Shown here piece after piece: positions 41,051 through 51,288 of a DNA stretch of 64,000 nucleotides (its first letter is position 1; each line of letters opens with the position of its first letter). A program made the translations under genes and the position numbers. The stretch lies in contig NC_092672.1 of the NCBI RefSeq assembly GCF_964355755.1, positions 17,001,237 through 17,065,236 of the forward strand. The letters are read 5' to 3'. The notes beneath the pieces were generated by a model that did not search any database, was not told the DNA's origin, and saw only the letters and a program-made list of their open reading frames with translations. Source of the stretch: Antedon mediterranea. Its lineage: Eukaryota > Animalia > Echinodermata.

Positions 41051-41529
41051 CTTAATTAGAGTAAGAACCAATTATTTAAGGATAATCCATTTCGCGTAAG
41101 CGCGCCTCCTATACGAAAGATACTACCTCAAGTAGACCTACTTTCACTTTCCAACAATTATTAAGAGCGTATCAAAGGGGCTGGTTGGCATTCGTCTGAA
41201 TCAACATTTTTCATTTTCCCCTTTCACCCGCCGCCACCCACCGCTGCCCACTGCCAATGGGGAGGAGGAGCCGGTTTGATCCTCTCTGAATCCGTCTGGC
41301 CTTCACATCGTACCGATGTGTGAAGTTTGAGCCAATAAACTTCATTCATGACGATTCTTTAAGTTCGAAGTCGTCTTCCAGAATTCAAAGCATTCTAAAG
41401 TTAAAGTGTTTTTCCACTAAATAAAAGAGAGAGTGAGAATGTTGGAGTGTGATGTAAGATTCGCGAGAAACTACATACTGTATTACCCAATTCTCCTTTT
41501 TTAAGTATTAAATACTTTCTAATAATATT

Positions 41530-41671
41530 AAGTCTAATTTTCTCGTAAAATCCCAAGTTTTGCAAGACGCAACATCAAGAAATGTTATTACCTATATACA
41601 TAGAACCTACGGATGAAATTTTATTAGGGTACGTTCTTATACCATGGTGAGGGTGATTTTTTGACTGGACT
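41530..41671 (-). repeat. Inverted copy of a ~140-bp element also present at ~32908, ~35026 and ~40176 (probable host MITE fragment)
   Basis: Reverse complement reads AGTCCAGTCAAAAAATCACCCTCACCATGG...GAGAAAATTAGACTT and carries the GATGTTGCG variant of the 35-kb copy. Confidence 0.85.
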
Positions 41672-41967
41672 AAAATAATCCATTAATCAATAAAAATTAT
41701 GCATTTTTAATTGTTGATTTTATATATGAAGATGATAATAAAATTAAAAGAAATTAAAGTGTAATCTTTATTCGTATTAATAATAATAAATAATAAATAA
41801 CATTTATAAAGCGCAAGAGACTAAGGTTTCATTGTTTAAGGGTGTAAAATCTTCAAAGGCTGTTTTCTAATTGTTGATAATCTATTGAATTCGGAAGTGC
41901 TTTGTTGAATTCGGAAGTGCTTTGTTGAAATCGGGTCATATCTTAATTGCCTTGAAAGAAATTATAA
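41672..41967 (+). repeat. ~300-bp dispersed repeat; second copy at ~49380..50137 is interrupted by a LINE
   Basis: Shared blocks AAAATAATCCATTAATCAA...GTAATCTTTATTCGTATT and CTTCAAAGGCTG...GCCTTGAAAGAAATTATAA. Confidence 0.8.
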
Positions 41968-42577
41968 AGCAAGTTACATTATTTTTTCGAAAGCTTAAAG
42001 AATGGAGATTAATATTATAATAATAATAAAAAAATATTTAATTGTGCTACATGATAGTGTACTTTCTAATTATACAAACCTAACCCTCTAAATAATCTCT
42101 CTCAACTATTGAAAAAAAAAAAATGCATGTCCTTGACACACCTTGAACCGATGGCTGTGTGCAACGTTAAAGTCACTAGACTAAACATTTCGGTTGGCAA
42201 AACATGTTTACACAAGATACTCTATATAGCACACTCTATACTATATGTACATCATTTCTGCAGACAGAAACGTATACCGAACTTGCTATAGTTTTATAGA
42301 AAGATACCTCTTGACAGTAACACTAAATCGTAGTAACAACGAATCCATTGAGAAAACTTAAAATTATATAGTGTAGTAGTAATCAATTCAATGCAGCAAT
42401 AAACATTGTAGTAATAGTACAGTAGTGACAATAAAATTAAACGTTTGAAAGAAAAAAATATATATTGTGTTTTTCTCTCTTTCAACGTGATGACGACGAC
42501 AGAATGTTATGACTATAAATGTGATTGAGAATGTCGAGGGAGGAGAGAGAGAGAGAGAGAGAGAGAGTGAGAAAGAC

Positions 42578-42754
42578 ATGGATTCGTTTGTTTATACACG
42601 CATAAATACTGTATGTTGTATCGTCAGCACTATTTGTTTGCTATTGATTCTGTTATTAATAGCATTGGTCGTACATTACGCGAGAATATTAACAAAAAAA
42701 AAAAGCACCTTCCATTTACAAACCAAACACAGTAAACAAACACTAATTGTATAA
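42578..42754 (+). CDS. Small single-pass membrane protein (58 aa)
   Basis: MDSFVYTRINTVCCIVSTICLLLILLLIALVVHYARILTKKK: hydrophobic span plus basic stop-transfer. It follows a (GA)n tract and ends 9 bp before the next gene. Confidence 0.55.
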   Translation: MDSFVYTRINTVCCIVSTICLLLILLLIALVVHYARILTKKKSTFHLQTKHSKQTLIV

Positions 42755-42763
42755 TAATAAACT

Positions 42764-43150
42764 ATGATTCTAGAAGTCAAAACTATCACTATCACTTTGT
42801 TGACAATCGTATGCATAACGTTGCTACTTGTCTACGTGTCCCGTGGAAGAAATAGCGCATGCAACGAACGGTTGTGTGGCATCAGTGGACGAATGGAGTA
42901 CGATGGTGTATCGAAATATTGCGTGTGTGTAGGCGATGGCGTCTCCGGAGCCGTGTGCAAACAATCGATTCCTAAAACAACAGTAAACTGCACGACGTGT
43001 ACAGCGCATAATGGCCGATGTGTATACTCTGACGCCGCAGACGGTAACTATTGCGTGTGTCCCAACGATCGTTTCGGATTCTCGTGTGAGTATCGGTACG
43101 TCGGTGGTGTATCGGCAGCGATGTTAGCGTACGTTCAGGCTTGTCTCTAA
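42764..43150 (+). CDS. Membrane-anchored or secreted protein with two EGF-like domains
   Basis: N-terminal hydrophobic helix followed by C...C...YCVC.....G..C and C..C....G.C.........YCVCP..RFG..CE, i.e. EGF-type cysteine spacing. Confidence 0.8.
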   Translation: MILEVKTITITLLTIVCITLLLVYVSRGRNSACNERLCGISGRMEYDGVSKYCVCVGDGVSGAVCKQSIPKTTVNCTTCTAHNGRCVYSDAADGNYCVCPNDRFGFSCEYRYVGGVSAAMLAYVQACL

Positions 43151-43191
43151 AAAAAAAAAAAAAAAAAACCACCGCACACACGCACTACACT

Positions 43192-43887
43192 ATGGGCATT
43201 AAACTGGCCTTGTTCGAATGCGCTTATCGATGGTTGCCCATTCAACCGTATTTCTACATATCTATCATACTTTTCATAACGTTCAGTCTCATCAGTTATG
43301 TCATCGTAGCGTCCAGAGCCATCGTCGGCAACGTATGTAAAGTATTGTCCGCTGTAACGAAACAAGTGGAGCGAATCATCATCAGTCAAGCCAAGAAGAA
43401 AAGTTTACGCGTGTACATGCATCAATTCCAGGCTCTGTGGCACACCATCGACGGATGCGAAGCTTTTCAAACTTGGTATCAAGTCGTACGTTACGGATTT
43501 CACAGAACGATGGGATACGTTTTCTGTGACAAAATGCGATGGTTTTACTCGATAACGTTCACTCGTTATCTTGTCTATTATCCAATGAATCTACTCGTAT
43601 GGCAACCGACGCACGGTGACTGCTCCGTCAGTTATCAGGACGATATCTGCTTTGCCTTTCATCTAAATCTAATCTTGGACGTGATTCGGCGATATCTTAT
43701 CATATCCGTCGTGGTTTTGTACAATACTTGGCCTCTCGTCTCTCATTATATGGCCACATTAAAACGCATCTTTAGAACTTTGCATCGAGAAATGTGCTAT
43801 CAGTTGCACAGACTTGATCCCGGCGGTCATTCTTTGACGCGCGGACGCTTTGCAAAACGAATCAAACATTTTTTTCACTTTGATTGA
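43192..43887 (+). CDS. Orphan membrane protein (231 aa)
   Basis: First ATG at 43192 (MGIKLAL); at least two hydrophobic segments; 3' end overlaps the convergent gene by 13 bp. Confidence 0.72.
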   Translation: MGIKLALFECAYRWLPIQPYFYISIILFITFSLISYVIVASRAIVGNVCKVLSAVTKQVERIIISQAKKKSLRVYMHQFQALWHTIDGCEAFQTWYQVVRYGFHRTMGYVFCDKMRWFYSITFTRYLVYYPMNLLVWQPTHGDCSVSYQDDICFAFHLNLILDVIRRYLIISVVVLYNTWPLVSHYMATLKRIFRTLHREMCYQLHRLDPGGHSLTRGRFAKRIKHFFHFD

Positions 43888-44750
43888 TGAAATGAATGAT
43901 CTTCGGCCAGAGCACTTTCAGCCACTTTGCGGTTATGCACGTGCATTCTGGCTCCAGCGCATATTGCGTAGACAGACACGATCGCTACTAAAAACGCTGT
44001 ACAACAGGTAATCAATTCTAGTGTACAATCACAGTCGTCTTCGTGTACAGTACTGGAGCAGCCTAACGACATCCATCGGTCCCAGTCCAATAGTTTGGTG
44101 GCGTTTCTGATGAGTTCCAGTCGAACACACTCTACACGCTCGACGAGCGTAGATCTAGACACTGTCATCGAGCCATACAGTCGATTCAACACAACAGAGC
44201 CACCGACGATCGAGTTTAAACTCACGTTGTGTACCCGCAACGTTTCTTCAGACAACAGCGGTGATACGTGAACGAGTATGGGCGGTGGCGCTGAATCGAT
44301 ATTCATTACATCATCATCATCACCACCACCACCACCACCACCGTGTACACCGAGACGCTCCAATGTAACGTTGTACACGCGTCCGACTCCTGTGAGACGC
44401 AGCGCAGACGACGAACGCGACCAGTTGTTGCATTTAAACGAAAAGTCTTGTACGTGAACGTGATCACCGATCAAAAACGACGTGCAATCATTCGCTGTCA
44501 CTATGATGCCTTTACCGCACAACGGTCGCACAGTCACGTTCGATACAAACACTTCATCATAACTAATACTCTCGAGACTAGAGGAAATGCACGAGGAAAC
44601 GTTTAACGCGTCGTCTGGAATAACAACGTACGTATCGTGTGCATCGTTTCTATAATTTATGTCTTTCAGGTAACCAACCTGCGACGACGTACATAATGAC
44701 TTGTTTGCAATAAACAGAAATAGAATCAGAATTATTTGTTTTTTATTCAT
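43875..44750 (-). CDS. Orphan type I membrane glycoprotein (291 aa)
   Basis: Signal peptide MNKKQIILILFLFIA, several N-x-S/T sequons, a beta-rich ectodomain, C-terminal TM (LITCCTAFLVAIVSVYAICAGA) and a short tail. Its ATG overlaps the upstream gene's stop (ATGA). Confidence 0.8.
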   Translation of the reverse strand: MNKKQIILILFLFIANKSLCTSSQVGYLKDINYRNDAHDTYVVIPDDALNVSSCISSSLESISYDEVFVSNVTVRPLCGKGIIVTANDCTSFLIGDHVHVQDFSFKCNNWSRSSSALRLTGVGRVYNVTLERLGVHGGGGGGGDDDDVMNIDSAPPPILVHVSPLLSEETLRVHNVSLNSIVGGSVVLNRLYGSMTVSRSTLVERVECVRLELIRNATKLLDWDRWMSLGCSSTVHEDDCDCTLELITCCTAFLVAIVSVYAICAGARMHVHNRKVAESALAEDHSFHQSK

Positions 44751-45598
44751 TTCGTTTCTATAACAAATTTAAAGTCGTCGACTGCAGCCAGTTCGTCTTC
44801 GCTAAAATTACAATTTCTCAACACTAACGTCACATGCTCCTTGTCAAACACACTTGACAATTGTATCGGAGATACGTCCATACATTCGATACACACCGTC
44901 ATCGGATAAGCGCTCGGCCGCATATCATTACCAAACGTCAGCCTGTTGCACCTTACAAGTCGAACGTCTTTCAAACCTCCTCCTCCTCCTCCTCCTCCTG
45001 CACCTCCTACATTTGTCATCAACGTAGATAAAAAACTGTCGACGATCGGCACATCTATCAAAGTTAAACGTTGCAGAGATTGTATGCAGAGTACACTTTC
45101 AGCAAACGTTCTTCCCATCGTGGCACGTTGTCGTTCGCGTATTGCCGCGATCAAAATCTCGTCTGGATCGTGCTCGACTGCTTCACTCACAAAACGTACA
45201 ATAGACCGCAAATCCATTTTCTGATCCTCTACGTTGTTGTGCATACGTTGCAAAATCTGAGCAATACACTTGCGTCTTCGACTCGCGCAAGTGCATTCGT
45301 TACAATATTTCCTGTCAATACGTACTACAGTCACGACGCATTTCTGACACGAAGACACCTTGCAATTTGCGCATCTATACATCATTTTACATGTATCGCA
45401 TGCTTTTGCGCCGCAGTGTATACAATTCTGTAGCAAGAATCGAGTGCACTTTCGACAACGATCCGTTTTCTCATCACCGTATATCAAGTCGTTCCAAACT
45501 TTTGAAATATTCGACGTACACAGTCGGCGTGTCGGATCATCTTTTAGACAATCGCGTATACTCAGGCATACCTCTAACGGTACCTTGATCATTGTCAT
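44747..45598 (-). CDS. F-box protein with CxxC-rich zinc-binding region and degenerate LRR-like C-terminus
   Basis: VPLEVCLSIRDCL...LCTSNISKVWNDLI fits the F-box consensus; six CxxC pairs; LQRLTL...LKDVRLVRCNRLT resembles LRRs. First ATG at 45598. Confidence 0.7.
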   Translation of the reverse strand: MTMIKVPLEVCLSIRDCLKDDPTRRLCTSNISKVWNDLIYGDEKTDRCRKCTRFLLQNCIHCGAKACDTCKMMYRCANCKVSSCQKCVVTVVRIDRKYCNECTCASRRRKCIAQILQRMHNNVEDQKMDLRSIVRFVSEAVEHDPDEILIAAIRERQRATMGRTFAESVLCIQSLQRLTLIDVPIVDSFLSTLMTNVGGAGGGGGGGGLKDVRLVRCNRLTFGNDMRPSAYPMTVCIECMDVSPIQLSSVFDKEHVTLVLRNCNFSEDELAAVDDFKFVIETK

Positions 45599-45817
45599 GT
45601 CGCGTGGACGCGTTGAAAACACGTTTATAACATCAACACAACGATATCATCATCATCATCATCACTTTTACGCACACATTAAAAAAACAAACAACAAATT
45701 AACGTTTCGATTCTTTATTATCATCATCTCAGAAACAAAAATTTAATGCTAGTACGTACTGCGCATATATAAACGAAATAAATTCATAAGATTTTTTTAT
45801 TTATTTATTTTTTTTTT

Positions 45818-46744
45818 TCAAATCTCAATATCCCATAGAATGTTCAACAGTGCTTCACTGCAGTCTCTGAAATAATAACTCAAATGATCATGTTCTGCAC
45901 TGGCCATTTTCATATCTAAGCACACGTCATAACAATCTCGGACGTCTTCGTAACTGTTTGCTGCCAACAATTTGTGTTTAAGCATACAAATGTCCGTTCT
46001 GATAGCGCTGTAGCCGCCGTCGTAAGCTTCTCTCTCTACTGATACTGACTGAGCATTGTAACTGACGAGGGCATTCTGAATAAAGTTCATCAAGTCTCCC
46101 ACGTACATTGACTGTCGAAGACTTATCACTTCTCCAAACGTTGATGCCTTGTTGTACTCTGGATACTGATACACGCCTAAACATATGTTGAGCAACGTGT
46201 CCAATTCGTAGCCTACCAAACCAAACATTTTTGTATCGTTCGGGAACATCGATCGTGCTTCCTGCAACAGTCGCACACATCTCGTCAACTTTGACAACGA
46301 GTTGCAATTGTTCAGCTTAGCGTGAAGATTGTTCACGTACACGTACAAATCTGACATTATCGGTAACGGTTGAGTATACGGGTAGTTGTAGTCGATATTG
46401 CAGTACTTGAACGCAGTTGATAGCCAATTTCGTATATCTTCTTTACTCATTTTCTTTCGTTCATCAATTTTTCTATGAAACATATCTTCGAAATTATCTA
46501 TAGGATATTGGACGGAATAACTATCGATTATAACGTTCCTGTTCTTCATGATCGGGTCGTAGTCGTCGAGTATACGCATGCTATCTTCACATCGCATTTC
46601 TAGTCTACGCGACGTCGGATTTATGTTCCACTGAAGCATTATACGCTCTTTTGCATCGCCGTACGTAAGTGCATGGTCTTCGATGTACCACGTTGAATCG
46701 TTGTTAAATCTGTAAGCAAATCTATGGTCATCGTTTGACATCAT
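45818..46744 (-). CDS. Protein with an N-terminal DWNN (RBBP6-type ubiquitin-like) domain and an orphan helical C-terminus
   Basis: YRF...LTYGDAKERIM...LEMRCEDS...DDYDPIMKNRNVII parallels RBBP6 DWNN as recalled (YKF...ISLCDLKKQIM...LQITNAQT...DDNALIPKNSSVIV). No zinc knuckle or RING follows. Confidence 0.68.
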   Translation of the reverse strand: MMSNDDHRFAYRFNNDSTWYIEDHALTYGDAKERIMLQWNINPTSRRLEMRCEDSMRILDDYDPIMKNRNVIIDSYSVQYPIDNFEDMFHRKIDERKKMSKEDIRNWLSTAFKYCNIDYNYPYTQPLPIMSDLYVYVNNLHAKLNNCNSLSKLTRCVRLLQEARSMFPNDTKMFGLVGYELDTLLNICLGVYQYPEYNKASTFGEVISLRQSMYVGDLMNFIQNALVSYNAQSVSVEREAYDGGYSAIRTDICMLKHKLLAANSYEDVRDCYDVCLDMKMASAEHDHLSYYFRDCSEALLNILWDIEI

Positions 46745-46847
46745 CGTGAATGAAAATGAAAATATGGAATCGTAATCAGTTCCTTTTAACCATTAACAAG
46801 ACACATACAGAGAGAGAGAGAGAGAGAGAGACACGCACAGCGCGACG

Positions 46848-47885
46848 ATGACAAAGGCTCTCAACTTCAACACCGATTGGTTTATTGTAGGCAACGAGAA
46901 TGCGACGGGTGGTGTTGGTGAAACACTACGAGATGAATTTAATAATACCGATTGGACGAGTTGGAAGGTGATGAAGACGGATGATGAAGCAGCAGCAGCA
47001 GCAGCAGCAACACGTCTACCCGTTCTACAACATTCAAAATCAAATAAACGAATACAGCTTAACAAAATGACGGTACAAGGCAGACGATTACTCCAACCGC
47101 ACGTACATCCCAATCAATGGATATTAATAGATGTTGACACTTTGATATGTTACCACGATGAAGACAGAACGACGTTTCTCACTACACATCGTTTACCTGC
47201 AAGCGCGTACACGCAGCTGTCGTGTAACAATCCTGATCGGATACGCTTCGGTCATGCATCGATCGCGGCCCGGAAATGCTGGAAACAAAACACAAAGATT
47301 CCGTACGCGGCTATCCCGATTCGATACATGGATCGCGACACCACGTTCGATATACGCGATGCGAGTACACTCTTCTACAAGGTTCTCTTGACCGACAGTC
47401 CACAATACAAATCTCCAGAATCGTATTACAGAGCGTTGGTGCAACGTGATAAACAGCCACCGTGGACTGTCGAAGTCAGACAATACATACTGAACATACC
47501 GCTTCCTCCTCCCGCGCCAGATATCGAATACTTCGAAGCCATCATGCGCTCAGTTGATTTCAGAACGAGCGTTAGAAACAAACGATTACCGTTACAATCC
47601 GGTGAATCGGCCTCTTTTTTGCGCGCCGAGCCCATTGTAATAGATAAACACGGTGACAAGTTTGCTCTTCGACCGGCCGACGTCATGACGCCCACCGCAT
47701 ATCGTGAATTCTACTCACAAGTTGGATGGACTAACGCGCACGACTTTGAAAAATGTATACAGTCCGTTTACAGATTCATGCATTGTCCCGTTGTCAGAAG
47801 AAATCTGTCGAACGGAGAAGTTGAATTCACGATTCTCATTCCTCTGCCGCCGCCTTCTCCTCGTTCTCCCTCCTCTGTGTCATGA
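46848..47885 (+). CDS. Orphan 345-aa protein
   Basis: Long intronless ORF with an ATG after a (GA)n tract, 103 bp from the divergent gene; no family recognised. Confidence 0.8.
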   Translation: MTKALNFNTDWFIVGNENATGGVGETLRDEFNNTDWTSWKVMKTDDEAAAAAAATRLPVLQHSKSNKRIQLNKMTVQGRRLLQPHVHPNQWILIDVDTLICYHDEDRTTFLTTHRLPASAYTQLSCNNPDRIRFGHASIAARKCWKQNTKIPYAAIPIRYMDRDTTFDIRDASTLFYKVLLTDSPQYKSPESYYRALVQRDKQPPWTVEVRQYILNIPLPPPAPDIEYFEAIMRSVDFRTSVRNKRLPLQSGESASFLRAEPIVIDKHGDKFALRPADVMTPTAYREFYSQVGWTNAHDFEKCIQSVYRFMHCPVVRRNLSNGEVEFTILIPLPPPSPRSPSSVS

Positions 47886-47939
47886 TGATGAGCACATGAA
47901 CGTATTTCGCGCACGAAACGACACAGCAGCACAGAGACG

Positions 47940-48965
47940 ATGAAAGAGTACACTGTTTGTTCGTTGATCACAACATGTTTCGCTACGTCTATTGTAATCG
48001 ACGTACTGTTACAGACAAACGTTCATCCGATAATCGATTGGCACGCCATCTTTCTACCCGTTTGCCTCTACGCCATATTCGTACACGCTGCATCGACAAC
48101 AAAACTCATATCGGCGTTTCGATTGAGCATGTGCGCGGCTGCAAACATATCGTTTCTGTCCAATATGAAATTTCTGATCGGACCGTGCGGTGTATCCTAT
48201 CGAGATCCGATGCAAGAGTGCGGTGCTCACGGAACTGATGCACGTTGTCATCGCGCCATGACGGACGCTCTTCGATGGCAAGCCGATCAACGACGTTGTC
48301 CCATGGTAGAGTTGGGGACAGCTGCCGGTTCCATTTACTACACTGTACAAATGTTGCTTGTCTATCTGCCCACCGGTATTCTGCCGGTAATGCTACACAT
48401 AACCGATCGTTCAAAAGGAAATCAAGTTCTAGACTGCTGGACGTGGTACATGTTCGTTGGACTGCCTATAGTCGTTGCCACGCTACTGGTGGACGTTCTA
48501 GCCGGAGCCGTTGTATATCCACTTTGTTCTGAGCACGTAGTGTACGCGTTCCTGTCTGCCGCCATGATGTCCAGATACTCATCGTTGGAACGCATATGGG
48601 AGGCGGTTTCATTGACGTCGGTGGCTATGACAATCCTGGATCTGATACGCAACGTTTTTATCTATAAACTCGGTCCATGTATGTTTGACGGTCGTGAACT
48701 GTTCAAATGTGATGAGCTCGATAGCTGCTATCAGAATCTACTCGATTTGAGCGCACACAAACTAGATTCATCAGACTGTCCGATCAACAAAGTAGGTCGA
48801 CACTGGGCATTCGCTCTCATGATTTCGCATCTGATCAGATTCTTCACCATAGTCTTTATTCAATGCTTTATGCTGATGCATAAACGTCATTTTCTGAGAA
48901 AAGGCGATGCCGATGGAGAGGAGGATGATGAAGATGTTCTGTTCACTAAAGAACGGAAAGTTTGA
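47940..48965 (+). CDS. Orphan multi-pass membrane protein (341 aa)
   Basis: About 6-8 hydrophobic segments with Cys-containing loops and an acidic C-tail. Confidence 0.8.
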   Translation: MKEYTVCSLITTCFATSIVIDVLLQTNVHPIIDWHAIFLPVCLYAIFVHAASTTKLISAFRLSMCAAANISFLSNMKFLIGPCGVSYRDPMQECGAHGTDARCHRAMTDALRWQADQRRCPMVELGTAAGSIYYTVQMLLVYLPTGILPVMLHITDRSKGNQVLDCWTWYMFVGLPIVVATLLVDVLAGAVVYPLCSEHVVYAFLSAAMMSRYSSLERIWEAVSLTSVAMTILDLIRNVFIYKLGPCMFDGRELFKCDELDSCYQNLLDLSAHKLDSSDCPINKVGRHWAFALMISHLIRFFTIVFIQCFMLMHKRHFLRKGDADGEEDDEDVLFTKERKV

Positions 48966-49488
48966 TGATACGACAAAGGCAAATACAAAAAAAAAAATGT
49001 CTTTACATTGCGTGTTTTTTTTTTGTTTCTATTTGGGTCGCGTCACCACGAAAGGAGCTTTGTGTCGCAAAAGCTATATTGCTATAATTAGCTGACGCTT
49101 TAAATGCTGGCCTTCTTGCTATTGCTGACGATACGGCCCTGTTCATCGACTAGCTAGGCTTACATACATTCAGGATTTTTTTTTTTTTACTCGGTGAGGG
49201 GCTGAAGAAAATGGGGTAAGTGAAAATGAGGATGAGGATACTAAAGACTGGATGGGAGATAGACGAAGATTCTGACGGCGAGGATAGTTATTGAAAACGA
49301 AGAAGAATGTGTAAGAATTTGTATAGGCCTAATCATGATCTAAGAGTAGAAGTGAGTTATGTTAACAGATTGTGTGCTCAAAATAATCCATTAATCAACA
49401 TAATTATGCAATTTTTAATGGTTGATTTTATATATGAAGATGATAATAAAATTGAAAGAAATTAAAGTGTAATCTTTATTCGTATTCA

Positions 49489-49930
49489 TTTATTTTCATT
49501 TCATTTATTCCACATTTATTTAGTCATCAACTACAGTACATCATAATTACAGTACAACTGAGAACAGGGATCCTGCATAAAAAAGCTATAGCTTCGTTTT
49601 TTTGTAGGACCCTTTTACATAAGAACAAGTATATAGAACTTAAATAAACAAAGGTGTTGTTAATCAGCATATAGTGATAAAAAGTATTTTTTAACCTGTT
49701 TTTTTATACATTTATTTTGTTTCTTTAAGATAACCGGTTTATTACCACCATTACAAGTGAATTCTTTCCACAATTTTGGTCCATATATGTGTATAAACTG
49801 TTGACTGCAAGTTAGTCTTGTGAAGGGAATTTCGAATTCAGTTTCTGTTCTGAGGTTATGAGTAGGCCTAATACTGTCACAGTAATTAAGAATATTTAAA
49901 ATGTGATGTGGTAATTCATTGAATTCATTG
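49489..49930 (-). mobile_element. 3' remnant of a CR1/L2-like LINE
   Basis: Minus strand encodes YGPKLW (conserved ORF2 C-terminal motif), followed by a 3' stem-loop and a (GAAAT/AAAT)n tail; it interrupts the repeat shared with 41672..41967. Confidence 0.7.
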
Positions 49931-50293
49931 TTTAAGTGTGTAAAATTTAATGTAGATCCATTAATAATGACTAATGGTATTCAAGGCGAATGTGTTGTGG
50001 ATATTGAATAGAACCAAAGTACCGGTAATTGTCCACTGAACTTCAAAGGCTGTTTTTTAATTGTTGATAATCTATTGAATTCGGAAGTAATCTATTGAAT
50101 TCGGGTCGTATCTTAATTGCCTTGAAAGAAATTATAATTTCAACACAAGGCTCCGTTTGTTATGACACGAGCCATTTATTCTTCAGCCTTTGAATCAAAT
50201 TACATGTATTATTATTATTATATATTTTTTTTAAAAAGTATGAAGATTAAAAGTTATCGTTAATGTACAGCGTCGAGTGCACATGCGTGCGTG

Positions 50294-50866
50294 ATGTTGA
50301 AGCTAAGAGGATTGATTTTCGACGTATTTATTGTTTTATTCGTTGTAAGTGTTCCATGGAATTGGTTATTATTGTACAGAGAGAGAGTGGCGGTTAATCG
50401 GGCCGAGATGACACAGCTTGTCAACAAATGTGAAAAGCAACAGAGACGAATCACAGAGAATGCTGATACGATGAATGTGTTTGTGTCGTGGTTGCGAACA
50501 AATATCTTTATAGAAGAAAGAGACGAATGTACCGAATATCACAGAAACTATGTAGTACATCCGATCCTGTCCGTTTCGCCGGTTGAAGCGTTTGCCAAGA
50601 CCGTTTCTAGCTTGATAGAAATTCCTGCTCGGGCACTTGGAAAGGCAATGTCTGACTTTAACTTGAATTTCATAGGCAGAATTCCAATTTCAATCTGGAT
50701 TCCTGCCCTATTAACATGGTCTTCTATGCTCATAGCTACAGTTACGTTCGTCTATTTACTCTGTCTAAAGTACAGTCGTCCAAACACCGTATTCGTTACT
50801 GCACTGTCCACGAAGAAATGTTGGTCGTCGCGAAACGGTAAACATCGGTTAAAAGTACACTCGTAA
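50294..50866 (+). CDS. CLCC1: CLCC1/MCLC-like (chloride channel CLIC-like 1) membrane protein, intronless, core domain only (190 aa)
   Basis: FVVSVPWNWLLLY...C...SWLR...DECTEYH...VHPILSVSPVEAFAKTVSSLIEIPARALGKAMSDF...IPISIWIP matches the CLCC1 core as recalled (SxPWNWxxLY; DxCxxYY..LLVxPxxxVPPxxA; EPLKHxGxxxxEF). Confidence 0.85.
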   Translation: MLKLRGLIFDVFIVLFVVSVPWNWLLLYRERVAVNRAEMTQLVNKCEKQQRRITENADTMNVFVSWLRTNIFIEERDECTEYHRNYVVHPILSVSPVEAFAKTVSSLIEIPARALGKAMSDFNLNFIGRIPISIWIPALLTWSSMLIATVTFVYLLCLKYSRPNTVFVTALSTKKCWSSRNGKHRLKVHS

Positions 50867-51288
50867 AGCTTTGTCACTCTGAAACGTTGAATACTTTTCA
50901 CACCACACCCACCACTATCAAGAAGTGTTTTGTGTATACACACACACGATATTAAAGTCTAATTTTTTTTTATAAACTATTATTTTACCATGCACAAATA
51001 ATATAGTATTCTCTGGATAATAAGTTCTCGAGCCGTGAAGAAACGGTACAAATATGTAATGCTCGCTTTCTACACTATACCGTTTCGATTTTATCAAGAA
51101 GCGAACAATATTATTTGTATACACACACTCACACACACGTACACAAGATAGTAAACTTGTTTACTCTTCTGACTTTTTGTGTGATTGCGCCCTCTGTATA
51201 TTTTTTATTATTTACCCATACACAAATGATTTTCACGGCTCCCATGATAATGAACAAGTCAGGCACCCTCAGTGTAAGCAGATAACGT

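Noticed and set aside
47118-47150. WILIDVDTL as a HAD or PIN/FEN catalytic motif
   Set aside because: No supporting downstream motifs recognisable by eye; left as orphan pending profile search.
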